DNA from: Adineta vaga
Lineage: Eukaryota; Animalia; Rotifera
Direction: 5' to 3'
Length of the DNA stretch: 64,000 nt
NCBI GenBank assembly: GCA_021613535.1
Contig: CP075494.1
Span: 9,672,001 to 9,736,000, forward strand
Below the pieces are notes generated by a model, which was not told where the DNA came from, did not search any database, and saw only the letters and a list, made by a program, of their open reading frames with translations. Of the stretch, positions 50,166 through 61,984 are shown in pieces; position 1 is the first letter of the stretch, and the number at the start of each line of letters is the position of its first letter. The position numbers and the translations under genes were made by a program.

Positions 50166-51347
50166 ATGGCAACTCTTCGTATTTTAACATTACTTGTCTT
50201 AGCAGTTATCTATTCAACGGTTACTGCTCAAACTAAACCATGTGGACCATGCGATCCATCGAAATGTCCATTGGTATATCATTGATCTTATTTTTATGTT
50301 TTGTTTCATTCTCTCGTGTATTGTTTTCTATAGACATCGGACAAGGAATGTCTTGCTGGATTAACACTTGATAGATGTGGTTGTTGTCAAGTTTGTGCTC
50401 AACGCGAGGTTCGTTTGTTGTTCATTTGTATAACCTTCATTTCATATCTGTATGATAAATAGAGTGAATTATGCAATCATCCGGATATCTCATCAAGCAA
50501 ACAATATGAAGCTTGTGGTGAAAATCTTCAATGCAAGTAAGACGAAAATATGAGATGAAGTTTTTTCATACTACTCTCTAATTGTTTTTGTCAACTTTAG
50601 AATCCGTAAAGATAGTCGCGGAGGACCTCGTGAAGCACGATGTGAATGTAATGATCAAGTAGAAATGTGCGGGTAAGTCTTTTTTTAACAACATCTTCAT
50701 TGAAATCAGAAGAATACTGATCATGTCATCACATAGTTCGGATGGTAAAACTTATCGTAACTACTGTCACTTAATGGAATCAAGTAAATTGGCTAAAGCT
50801 GAACAAAAATCAATCATCAAAGTATTCAAACGTAAACCATGTGACTCAGGTAGAAAAAAAAGTTTTATGAATCAAATTTTTCATAGTGAAATGGTACATT
50901 TTTTCTAGCACCTGAAATCACTTTCCCACCTGTCAGTGTATCAAATAAAACCGGTAGCAATGTTTTCTTAACATGTGAAGTTGCTGGTGTACCTTTACCA
51001 GTTGTCGAATGGGTTTATACATCATCTAGTGGAAAACAAACTGTCTATCCAAGTAAAGACTTAGTGTTTAGTTCATATCATGACGTACATGTTTGTTTCT
51101 AGCTGATGATGATCGTATCTCAACATTGGTTCGTGGTGGACCAAATGCTCATGTATTAACATCATGGCTTCAAATTCAATCATTACAACGTGCTGATCAA
51201 GGTACCTACACCTGTGTTGCTAGTAATGCATTGGGCAAAGTTGAAAAAACATGTACTGTTTCCGTTGAAGGTATATATAAGATAAGAAAATGTTCGAATT
51301 TATTGACATTTATTTAATTATTTATTTTAGCCGGCCGAGAATTTTAA
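50166..51347 (+). CDS. IGFBP7/KAZALD1/IGFBPL1-like secreted protein (IB, Kazal and Ig domains; 8 exons)
   Basis: Signal peptide; CGPCDPSKCP..DRCGCCQVCA (IB); CGSDGKTYRNYC (Kazal); LTCEVAGVPLPVVEW..VRGGP..DQGTYTCVASN (Ig). Confidence 0.92.
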
Positions 51348-51668
51348 ATGAAAACAATTCTATTCAAATTTCTTTTAATCGAAAAACTTAATTAATAATT
51401 ATTCATACAAGTTTGCAGTTGTTAAGAAAAATCTTTTTTTCTCTTTTCTTGTCATTCAATATGTGTGAGAGTAGCCTTTTTTTAGATTGATCTTCTTGTA
51501 TTACTCGTTTATTTTCTATGAACTTATTATATGTTTCATATTTAACAAATCTAAAGATAGATTATCACTAAGGAAATATATTAAGAGAATATTTAATCAA
51601 ATGTAAATGTTTATAACAATTATTTCATGTGAATACTTTCGAAAAAAAATTCAAAAATCGATTCACTA

Positions 51669-52991
51669 CTAATGTTTAGATAGATTCAAAGATCTCATAA
51701 TTAATTTAATTAACGATGGTGATACATATGCAAGCGTAGTAATAATAAACATATAAATAACAATGATGAATAACGCAACAAAATCTGTTGTATCAATTGT
51801 ATTAATATTTAAATTAATCACACCTGTTAAAACATTCGCTAATAAAAATACATCTAAACCTTTTTGATTTACATTTTTTAATAATAATGATTCAGTTGAA
51901 TAACCTTTTCTTCTTAATAAACATTGAGCAAGACAAAAACCTCCCAAAGTCATACAAGCTAAACCTGTTGTACTTGTAATATAACCAAAATTACATAATT
52001 TTCTTGATGAATTATAACTAATAGAACATAGAATAATTGTTGCTACGATCAATTTCAAAGTCATATCTTTCAAACGTTGTTCACGTTCATTGATAATTAT
52101 TAATCTTCCAATGTAAACTCCAATTAAATATAAGCATACATATCCACCTAATGAAAATATACCTTCACGATTTGCATCGATGAAACTTGTTCTTAACTGA
52201 TTTGATTCTATTAGATAATTATCAAATTGTAAATATCTTAATAAGATCAATTCATGAAAGACTAAACTGAAAATGATTGATAAAAGTACATTTTTTGTTA
52301 TATATAACAAGCAACTTGCGATTAATTTCATAAAACATAATGTTAGAAAGAAATTCCAATGAACACCATATTCACTAACATGTTCAACATATGACAAATA
52401 TTTTATTGAAATTAAACGAATGATTCCTAAGAGTAGAAGAACGAAATTTTCCAAAAATAAATCTTTAACTTTTGTTTGTTTATTTCGAGCTTCGGAACTA
52501 ACCATTCCATGAGCAATTGCAAATAGACCAACACCTAAATCCATTCCAGAGTAACCATAGTTTTCTGTTTTAGCATAACGTCGAGGAAAAATAGAAAAGT
52601 CAACAGCAAGAATACATATACAAGTTACAAGTATCATCTGACCACGAAAGTGTTCGAGTATACGAGAATAAGAGTTTTGATTATTCACTTGTTGATTATG
52701 AACTGGTAAAGGACTTTTGAGAACATAAATAAGCAATACAATACCACATAAAATAAAATGAGATATATCATTGAATGAAGATAACACAGTTGTGGTCAGT
52801 ATCAAAGGAATAACAAGAATAATATTTTCGAAAAGAAAATTAAAAATTCCGTATTTTGAATTTGGAGACTTCAATATTTGACATAAAAAATATGTTGTAC
52901 ATATATTTATCATTATTGAACCTGTTTCATATAGAGTTGTACCATTTAAATTACTCACAAATAATTCCTTTCGATGGCGATAATCGTCCAT
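51669..52991 (-). CDS. PIGW: GPI inositol acyltransferase PIG-W/GWT1, single exon
   Basis: KELFVSNLNGT, ILAVDFSIFPRRYAKTENYGYSGMDLGVG, HVSEYGVHWNFFLTL, ANREGI, FLLANVLTGVIN. Confidence 0.96.
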   Translation of the reverse strand: MDDYRHRKELFVSNLNGTTLYETGSIMINICTTYFLCQILKSPNSKYGIFNFLFENIILVIPLILTTTVLSSFNDISHFILCGIVLLIYVLKSPLPVHNQQVNNQNSYSRILEHFRGQMILVTCICILAVDFSIFPRRYAKTENYGYSGMDLGVGLFAIAHGMVSSEARNKQTKVKDLFLENFVLLLLGIIRLISIKYLSYVEHVSEYGVHWNFFLTLCFMKLIASCLLYITKNVLLSIIFSLVFHELILLRYLQFDNYLIESNQLRTSFIDANREGIFSLGGYVCLYLIGVYIGRLIIINEREQRLKDMTLKLIVATIILCSISYNSSRKLCNFGYITSTTGLACMTLGGFCLAQCLLRRKGYSTESLLLKNVNQKGLDVFLLANVLTGVINLNINTIDTTDFVALFIIVIYMFIITTLAYVSPSLIKLIMRSLNLSKH

Positions 52992-53269
52992 TTGATCTAA
53001 AAGAAATTTCTCAATTATTTCGTATTCGTCACACTCACGGGTCCGAAAAATGGTTCATTTTTAACAATTAAGTTTTAGTTGACCAATTCAATCAAAAAAG
53101 AAATCAAACCAATCTTTTTCCACATTATTAAATAACTTCCGACATCTAGCGATGAATAATATTGGTTTACTTTTGACGCTTACATTACTCTTGGTAATGT
53201 CCTTTTCTCAAAACAAATACTGACGTCGTTTAGTTTCACTTGGATACATTCAATTCGATTCAACTTCTT
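52992..53269. promoter_or_regulatory. Probable bidirectional promoter between PIGW and EDRF1
   Basis: Head-to-head ATGs 278 bp apart. CCAAT occurs at about 53083 and 53109, and CRE-like TGACG(TC) at about 53174 and 53221. Confidence 0.6.
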
Positions 53270-56200
53270 ATGGCTGAGTCTTCATCATCATCTTCTTCTT
53301 CCGCATTGCCTTCGTCAAGTCTTGTTTCGATTAATTCATCTTCAACACTACCTTTGTTCAAATGTACTTTTCTGGACAAAGATACAGGTATATATCTTAT
53401 CTTAACTCGAACGATATATTTGGATTATTGCTTCTTTTTTTTCTAGATTTGAATGAAATACCAGCATGGAACAATGATATTGGAATATTACTTTCATATT
53501 GGCTTCAACAAAGAGCTAATCATGATGATATTTTTGGAAGGTAAAATAGAAAAAGAAATATTAAGATGTTCACAGACAATTATCAAATGCATGAGAATAA
53601 AGTTATACGTTCTGTAATCGCTAAGCACTTCATATTTAGATTTTCTTCAACTTAATAAATAAGAGCAGTTCCAAATCGTTGATCGCACCATACTTAAAAG
53701 AGAAAAAAATTATCTTTTAAAAACACTAACTAACATCATTCATTTTTTCTTTTTAGTTTTCGTTCGGCGAATGCACATATTGACAGTCTGGGTGAAGTTG
53801 ATGTTATAACAGATGCTGAGGTTTGAAAATTTAATATTTACAAAAAGAAGTTACATTCTTCTCTTCTATCGCTTTGTTCTTTAGCATATAAAAAAATTAT
53901 TAAAAATGTCCTTCAATAAACATAGTCAAATATCTATGATTGTACATCGTTTGGGTCGGACGATACTACTAGATGAATTCGATGTACATTCACATTTATT
54001 ACGTCTCGAAAAGGTAACAAACCAGATGTTGTTCTATTTTCTTCGAAAAATGTTTACTTTACTTTAGAATGATTGGACATGGTTTCGAGATTTTTTTCTT
54101 GATACTATTCTACGTAATATATCAGTGAAACATTTTTATAAAAAGAATAAAACACGTGATGAACTTATACGAAAAGATCGTTTAGTTAGATTTTTATGTC
54201 AAAGGTATTAATAAAATTGATTGTAATTTTCTTGATATTTTTAATGGTATATACATCGTTCTAGTGTCGAATTACCTGAATTAAGTCGTTCAAATGCTGA
54301 CAATGATGAATCTCAACCATCATCAACCACGAATGATATAACTGCCGCAACAATTTTGCAACAAATCAAAGATATTGTTAATGCAAATAATCAGGTTGAA
54401 GATAATACTGATCATACTACATCTAATTCATCACCATTTCAACGAACAGTTAATTGGACGTTTGAAAATATGAAAATGTTAATTGGTTCAGATCTACCGA
54501 TTTTTGGTGATGAACAACATCCAGCTGTTAGCCTACGTTTAAGGTATTTATATAAAACTTTCAATAGGTTATAGTCATCGAAACGATCTTTGTTTTTTTT
54601 GCTTTTTTCTAATAGAGAAATGGATAAACCTATCAATGTGTTGACGGGCATTGACTGTTGGCTAGATAATTTAATGTGTAATGTTCCTGAACTAGCCATG
54701 TGTTATCATGTTGATGGCATTGTTCAATCATATGAAATAATGAAAACGGAAGATATACCATACCGTGAAGGTTGTGATTTTCATCCGAATGTTATACGTG
54801 ATTTAGCAACAAATCTTCTTTCATTTCTCAAAGCAAACGCTACAAAAGAAGGACATACCTATTGGTTATTCAAAGGTAACGGGATTATATACAAAATATT
54901 TCATAACAAGTTTTTCTATATTAGGTCCCGATGATGATATTGTTAAATTATATGATCTAACAAGTTTATGCGAAACAAATCGAGATGATAATCCATATAC
55001 ATTACCAGTAGCTACTTTATTTTATAAAATGGCTCATAATATGGTTTCAAAATCAGATCATGAGACACGTTCAAAAGAATCTGGTACTATACGTACACTA
55101 CTCAAACATTGTTTAGATATGCTGAATCCAGAGAAATTTCCTGAATATCATTGTGCTGCTGCATATATGATGTCTGATTTGTATATTGATGATAATGTTA
55201 GTGAACAGAGTTGGACATCAGATGGAAGTGATATTCAAGATCCTGATTCTTTGAAAGATGATGTATGATTGTTATCGATTTTATTCTATAGGTTTCATTG
55301 TGTGTGTGTGTGTGTGTGTGTTTTAGTTACCATTTGAGGAAGGTGATGATCCACATCTTGAAACTTGTGTTGATATTAAAACACTTACACAATCTCAACA
55401 ACATCGTTTTCGAAAAACTCCAGATGTCGAACGTTTAAGGCCAATACATGGAAATCTAGATAAGCGTGCAACAGAAGCATTGAAATATTTAGTTGAGGTA
55501 GTTCACATTTCTCGAACATTCAATTCATCTATGTCACAAACTTTTCTTTTCAATAGGCTCTTCGAAGTAATGCTATACATCGTCGAACACAAGCTGCAAC
55601 GGCTGCATCTGAACAGACAAATGATCAAGAGAAATCATCAACATCAACTGAGCAGAAATCAAAAGTGATCGTTCCATTACCATATAAAGCAACTCGACAT
55701 TCATCAAAGATTTTAATTGATAATAAAAATCATTTGACAACTGATGGACGTTTAAAATCCATTATATTGCATAAAGCAGCTGCAGCATATTTTTGTTTAG
55801 TTGATCGAAATGAAAAAGAGAAGAATTATGGTTCATGTTTACGTTATCTTCGTTTAGCATTAAATTGTTATAGTAAGTTTGTAATCTTATCTTCAAGGAA
55901 AACAACGTCTACTTTATTTTGTTTAGGTGCAGAATTAAAAATTCAATCGATGGACCATAGTAACAGTACTACGGAATCAAAGAAATTATTATCTTATATA
56001 ATGAGTATTGCTGGTGATTGTCGATTGATGATTGCACATATTACATCTGCTGACGAAATCGAAAAATATCGTGAACAATATCAAATGATGAGTGATGTGG
56101 ATTTAGAAATTCAAAAAGTCATTGATGAAGTCGGAATTGATCGAAATTCTTCAGGTAACGATCTTTTCATGTTTCATACTTGCTGATAATTGTCAATCTT

Positions 56201-57713
56201 TTCTCACTATTCATAGAATTCTCTTGGATATCAGAATTAACACCAGTTATTGATCGTAATCTATTTGCTAGTGTACATGCTTATGAATATGCGATTAATA
56301 TTGTGCGAAATCTGGGTGATCATGAAAAAAAACGTCTTCATTTACTAACAAAACGTTTTGGAAATGTTAGAAATGAAATGGGAGTTTATTGGATGAATAA
56401 ATGTGCACAAGCAGTAAAAAATATAGATCATGAAGCAGCAAAAGTAAGATCTGCAGATACATGAAAATATGATTGTCTTATCCAAGTTTTTTGTTTGTAT
56501 AGGAAATCAAAGATCAATTTCGAAAAAGTTTCGAAAGTTTTGATGCGGGTATTCAAGCATTTGAAAAAATCAATGATATATCAAATATTGCCTTGTTACA
56601 TTCAAATCTCGGTCGTCTCATGAGATACTATGCACAATTTTATGCTCCAATTGTGAATGGTGTTCGACAAGAATTTTCTCAACAAGAACGACAAAGTTAT
56701 CAAAAAGCATTTGATTATTATTTACAAGGTTTGAAACTTATTGAAAATCGTTCAGATTTAATCGAAGTTTATCGTACTCTATCATGGGAATTATCAAATA
56801 GTTATTTTACAATGGCAACAGCACTTCAAGATTATGCACCATTAAGTACTACATCTCAAGATGATGTAAGATCAGGAGAAGAAACATATATTTCATTCGA
56901 AATTTATCTTATCTATCTTAGATTGAAAAAGAAGTCATTGATTGTATGACACGTGCATTAAAATATTTGGAAAACGAACTAAACACTCCATCATCAGATC
57001 GTTATTCACTTGCAAAATATCGAGCTGCAACTATTCATCATCGTTTAGCATCTTTACTTCATAATGCCTTTCGTACACAAGTAAGACAACGAATTAAAAT
57101 AGGGATTTATTCCTTTTGATTAATTCGATATTTGTATTTTAGGATAATACAGCACGTCGAAAACGTTTACGTGCACTTGCATCATTACATTATCAAAAAG
57201 CTTTAGAATTATTTTCTCCTCATGATAATCCACTTGAATATCTACGACTGTTAATTGAAGAAGTAGCATTAGCAGACTTTGAACTTCAAAGTAACTTCTT
57301 TTTTCTCTATAAATATCTTGTATTCATTGTATCATAATCGAATAGATGCAACAGATAATCCTTCACGATTAAAACATTCTCAACAAGGTTTACGTGCATC
57401 ATTTCAATGTCATGAATGTATAGATATCATAGAACGACATCGCACAAGTTCTGATCCTGATGATTATAATGAAACATTTGCTCAAGAATCACAACGACTT
57501 CTATCCATATTAAATGGCCGTATTCAAACATTTCTCAAAGAGATCGTTAAACTAATCAAACCGGCAACAAATAAAAAATTAGCCTATGAAAATTATAAAG
57601 AAATGTATAGTATAGCATTACGTATCAATGATAAAGCAGTGACATTTCCTAAAGATTTGTACGATGGAATTGAACGTCTAAAAAAGATTCATGAAAAAAT
57701 GACCAGTGATTAA
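53270..57713 (+). CDS. EDRF1: Erythroid differentiation regulatory factor 1-like (multi-exon)
   Basis: LIGSDLPIFG..PAVSLRLR, KPINVLTGIDCWLDNLMCNVPE, FLKANATKEGHTYWLFKG..VKLYDLT, SNLGRLMR, YRAATIHHRLASL. Confidence 0.93.
55299..55321. repeat. (TG)n microsatellite in an EDRF1 intron
   Basis: About 11 TG units directly upstream of the acceptor. Confidence 0.9.
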
Positions 57714-57818
57714 ATGATCGTTTCTTTATTTTTCTTGTTTAATTGATTTGTAATTTATTTTTGTCGACGTTTTCATGATTTAATCATATTCTAGATGTGA
57801 ATTGAATAATATAATGAC

Positions 57819-59398
57819 ATGTTATCTCATCGTCATCCAACAGCGAAGAAAAATGAATGCGAATCTGATATAACATCAACAGAAGTTCCATCCACGACAA
57901 TGCGTCGACGAACACGATTTGTTACAAAGTATATTTCGAAACACTAGAATCGATTTTCATTATTGTGACTTTTGTTTTTGTTCTTTCAAAGATTGAAACG
58001 ATGGATATTAACAAGATATGGTGTTTTATTTTTGATTTCTTTTGTAGTTATTTATATCAATGAAGTTCTATTCTATGATTGGACACAAATCACTTGGCCA
58101 GATATTGATAAATTAGCTAATAAGTAAGAAAAGATAAATGAAATCTATTCTCATGCAATCTCAAACTATTTTTCATGAATCCATTTGTATAGATCGACTG
58201 TTGAACGATTATTGCTTGTTGCTGATCCACAATTGATTGGTGAAAAAGACGAAGGATTTTTTGGATTTATTACAAGAAACGATGCGGATAGGTAAGAACA
58301 TATACTGATTTGTTTATGTAGCCAAGAGATGTTAAGTTTCGATTAAAAATACCTATCAATCGTTCTTTTATTTAGATACCTTGCACAGACATTTTCTCGA
58401 GCACATGATTATGTGAAACCAAATTGGGTTCTTTTTCTTGGTGATATATTCGATGAAGGTTTATCGGCATCTAGTATTGAATTTCACCGATATTTTGAAC
58501 GTTTTGATACTATATTTCAATATAAAAAACATGAAAAAAAATATATTGTTATTCCAGGTGATAATGATGTTGGAGGAGAATATTATGGTGATAAAAAGCC
58601 CTATTTAAGGCTCCGTTTTAGAAATTATTTTGGCCGAATGATTAAATTGTATGAACTCGATGATATCGAATTTCTTAGAGTATTGTCTAGAGAAGGCAAA
58701 TATCCTTTCTAAAAATGTTTGTTTTTCTCTATATTTTAGTTAGATATCGATATGTTTGAATCGTATGTAGACGTAAATCAAAATCGTATTATGGAACAAA
58801 CACAAAATCGTTCTTTAATATCCATGTTTCGTATTGTACTTAATCATTGGTCATTAATAACTCGTGGTGCTATATTTCTGAAACCATTTCTTAATGAATT
58901 AAAACCAAATCTCATTCTCAAAGGTGATAGTCATCATGTATGTCATTCTTTTTTTCAAATTGAAAATTCATTTTATAACTAAAAAGAAATACTTTCTTTA
59001 GTTTCGCGTGACTTTACATGATCAAAGGAATTTTACGACGACTTCCATTTTCAAAGAATTCTTTCCACAATCACTTCTTCCAATAGATCTGAATCAAAAT
59101 CATTTTGTTTATGAAATTTCTGTTCCAACATGTTCATATCGTATGGGTGTAGACAGAATTGGATATGGTGTTCTTTTTCTCGATCGTGGTAAGATGACAA
59201 TTGATTTAATCTAATTGTAATTATTTCTATTTTTTCATTGATTTAGCGACGAAAACTGCTCATTTACTTATTCTTTCGACGCCAAGAAGATATATATCCT
59301 TATATTTTTATGCTGCGTACGGTATTTTTCTTGTAATTAGTTTAATTCTCATTGCTTTATTTCCAAGACTATGTCTAGGACGATGGTTGAGATCTTAG
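57819..59398 (+). CDS. Membrane metallophosphoesterase, MPPE1/PGAP5/Cdc1 family
   Basis: N-terminal TM; LLVADPQLIG; FLGDIFDEG; IPGDNDVGGE; GDSH; EISVPTCSYRMG; C-terminal TM. Confidence 0.85.
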
Positions 59399-59519
59399 AT
59401 ATCCGAAACTATAAAGAGAATGAATCTCAATTAAAGAATTTTTTTTACTCAAATAAAATTTGCACTTTGACACTATTGTGAATGCGCGCGTCCTTTTTTT
59501 TCTTTAGTATGTATTTTTT

Positions 59520-60364
59520 ATGTCCAGAATACATTTTCTTTCGGAAAACTTGACGGTATACTATTTACCTCGGTCTATCTCATACACATTTGTTTCTTCA
59601 ATAGACTAATTTTGTAGAAGATTTAAATTCAACGAAAAATATCACCAGAGATTCGATTTCTTATTCACGTCAAGGTTGGCAATATCTTATTGAACGAATT
59701 CTTAATAATGAATTTTCTAATGAGATACAAATTGTACGAGTTAAACTTGATACAAATATCTTTCAACAGTTACTATCAAATGAATATCAATTTCAAGAGA
59801 CTGACCGATCCTACAAAGTTCTTAAGATCAATAGTCTTTGCTTACCAAGTCAAGGAATAATTCAATCTACACTTATTCGAATTGGATGTACTCTACGATA
59901 TTCAATCGTAGAGATTGATATGGATCATACTATGATAATTCCATTGGAAATTCAACTTGATGTCGAAATAAAGTTGTCAAAGATAGAACCAATCATCTCA
60001 ATCGTACAAAAAAGTGTTAAAAGTAATGTGATTTTAAATAAGAATAACAAAAGATAGAGCCTTCTATTTAATTGAATGAGAATCTTTCTATCTATCTGTA
60101 TGTCTTCTAATGATTACAACAACTACTATCGAAGATTATTCAGTTTTGTAAACACTGATCTTTCATTTTCATGTAGTAGTTCCGCTAACTAAATATTTTA
60201 TACCCATATCAAATAAACGTATTTCAATTGTTGATGATGGTTCATTCGTTATATTATCACCAAAATGGCGTCGAAGTATCGACGAGCAACATTTTCCACA
60301 TATGCGAACTTTGTCACCAATTCAACAACGTCTGTCAGATGAAAAATTGATATTTAATCATTAA
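59520..60364 (+). CDS. Hypothetical protein of about 210 aa (exons about 59520-59555, 59604-60022, 60178-60364), absent from the ORF track
   Basis: A stop-free frame of about 150 codons in AT-rich DNA, with phase-compatible GT-AG junctions: MSRIHFLSENLT/TNFVEDL...QGWQYLIERIL...IVQKSVK/IVPLTKYFIP...LIFNH-stop. Confidence 0.65.
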
Positions 60365-61243
60365 AGTTAAAATAGATCATTCATCAATATTATCGAACTA
60401 TCGTTGAAGAAAAAACTTTCGGAAATAATCATCTTCGAATACTGCTTCATTGAATAGTACTCAATATTCTATTTAAAACATTCTTTTAAATATTAATTTC
60501 TTCGATTGTTAAACTATGCATATAAATAATTCACATGTAAATATCATATTCTTCTTGTTACATCAACATCCACACGTCGACTCCTATCTCTTCTAGCTCT
60601 TTACAACGATGACTTAACATCTGTAATCGAATCTTTTTTTTCTCATATGTATTCAATTCTGTCAAATGCATAAGTCACAAAGGTATAAGTTCATATTTAA
60701 TCTATTCATTTTTGTTCTTCTTATCTATCTAGTTCAAGGTTTTACCTTCGCCAATAAAAGATATCTAATATACTTGTCATATCAGTTTTGAATCAATATG
60801 ATACGTGTTATAAAAAAATTGAAAAATTAAATTTTCTTGCTATGCTTGATAGACTAGAACAATGTAGAGCTAGAAGAAGAAGAATGCTCGTGTCCAATTT
60901 CAAGTCAACAGCTGTTCACCGTAAATAGACTCGAGTTCATTTGTCTTCACGCATATATAACCAAACATTAATGAATTCATTGAAAAGATTGACAGGCTTC
61001 TCATCTAATTAACAATCGAAGTACAAAATTTCTTCAAAGTTCATGATGATATTGTCATGAGGATGAATATCGATATTTGTATATTCAAGTGTTTCTTATT
61101 TTCTCTATATCGAAATGTTAATTTTATTTAAAATAGTATTTTGAAAAAAAAAGAACGAAAGAAGCAGATGTTTTATTTTTCTTGATTGAATTAAGTACAT
61201 ATTCAGCTGTTTCCATTTCAATTCATATGTTACTAAATGATAT

Positions 61244-61984
61244 TTAATAATTATATTTTTTTTTCGCTTTTGCGGATGGTCTATAAGATTCTAATTCATG
61301 ATTTTTATATGATGATTGTCGATGAATTTTTCTTGCACATGCTTCACAAAATAATTCATCACAATCAAGACAACGTTTTGTCGCATTTTCATTACATACT
61401 GTACACCAAGGAAATTCTTCATCTTCATCATTCACTTCTTCTTCAACTTTTGTTTTTGATAAGACAACAGTATTCGGTGTTGCCGGTGGCATTGTTGCAT
61501 GTAGAACACGTAAACGTTCTTCAAGGGATTTTTGTTCATTCCGTTCATTTTGTTCGATTGCTAATGCATCATTCATTTGTTGAAGAAGATCATCGGGAGT
61601 ATCAGCTGTTGATGAAAGCATTGCATTTGCTCCTGTTGATGGGGTGGAAGATGGAAAAGCCATACGAAGTTTTTGAAGACGTTCTTCAAGTGCTTGTGTT
61701 TCTGGATCAAGTTGATTCATTGGTGGCATTCTTCTCTGTGCAGGTAATTGTTGTTGTTGTTCTATTCGTTGCATGAAACCTTTTGGTGGTTTTTGTAACA
61801 TCATTTGTGTACTAATGGAATGAAAACATGATGAACAAACTTCATGCATTTGATAATTTAATTTCGGTACAGCAATACGTTGATAGAGACAATTCGTACA
61901 GAATATCTGTTGACATGGTTGACAAATTTTTTTTAGAGAATTATTTACAATCGTCTGTTTACATGCTGAACAGATCGAAGTCAT
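61244..61984 (-). CDS. ZFYVE19: Abscission/NoCut checkpoint regulator (FYVE-like plus C-terminal B-box), compact form
   Basis: N-terminal degenerate FYVE-like Cys pattern, PPKGFMQRI, LEERLQKL, and EEFPWCTVCNENATKRCLDCDELFC..C..H..HELESY. Confidence 0.88.
   Translation of the reverse strand: MTSICSACKQTIVNNSLKKICQPCQQIFCTNCLYQRIAVPKLNYQMHEVCSSCFHSISTQMMLQKPPKGFMQRIEQQQQLPAQRRMPPMNQLDPETQALEERLQKLRMAFPSSTPSTGANAMLSSTADTPDDLLQQMNDALAIEQNERNEQKSLEERLRVLHATMPPATPNTVVLSKTKVEEEVNDEDEEFPWCTVCNENATKRCLDCDELFCEACARKIHRQSSYKNHELESYRPSAKAKKKYNY

Noticed and set aside
51669-52991. Intronless PIGW as a horizontal transfer or retrogene
   Set aside because: PIGW is eukaryotic, its coding region is single-exon in other animals too, and composition matches the neighbouring genes.
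53180-53200. CTCTTGGTAA resembling the reverse complement of part of the bdelloid spliced leader as I recall it
   Set aside because: Only about 10 nt match, with no donor or Sm site. It sits in a small ACATTAC/GTAATGT hairpin.
61237-61776. 179-aa plus-strand ORF and similar overlapping ORFs (827-1060, 39227-39559, 42339-42710, 44381-44623)
   Set aside because: These are antisense or alternate-frame shadows of real genes caused by codon bias, with no motifs.
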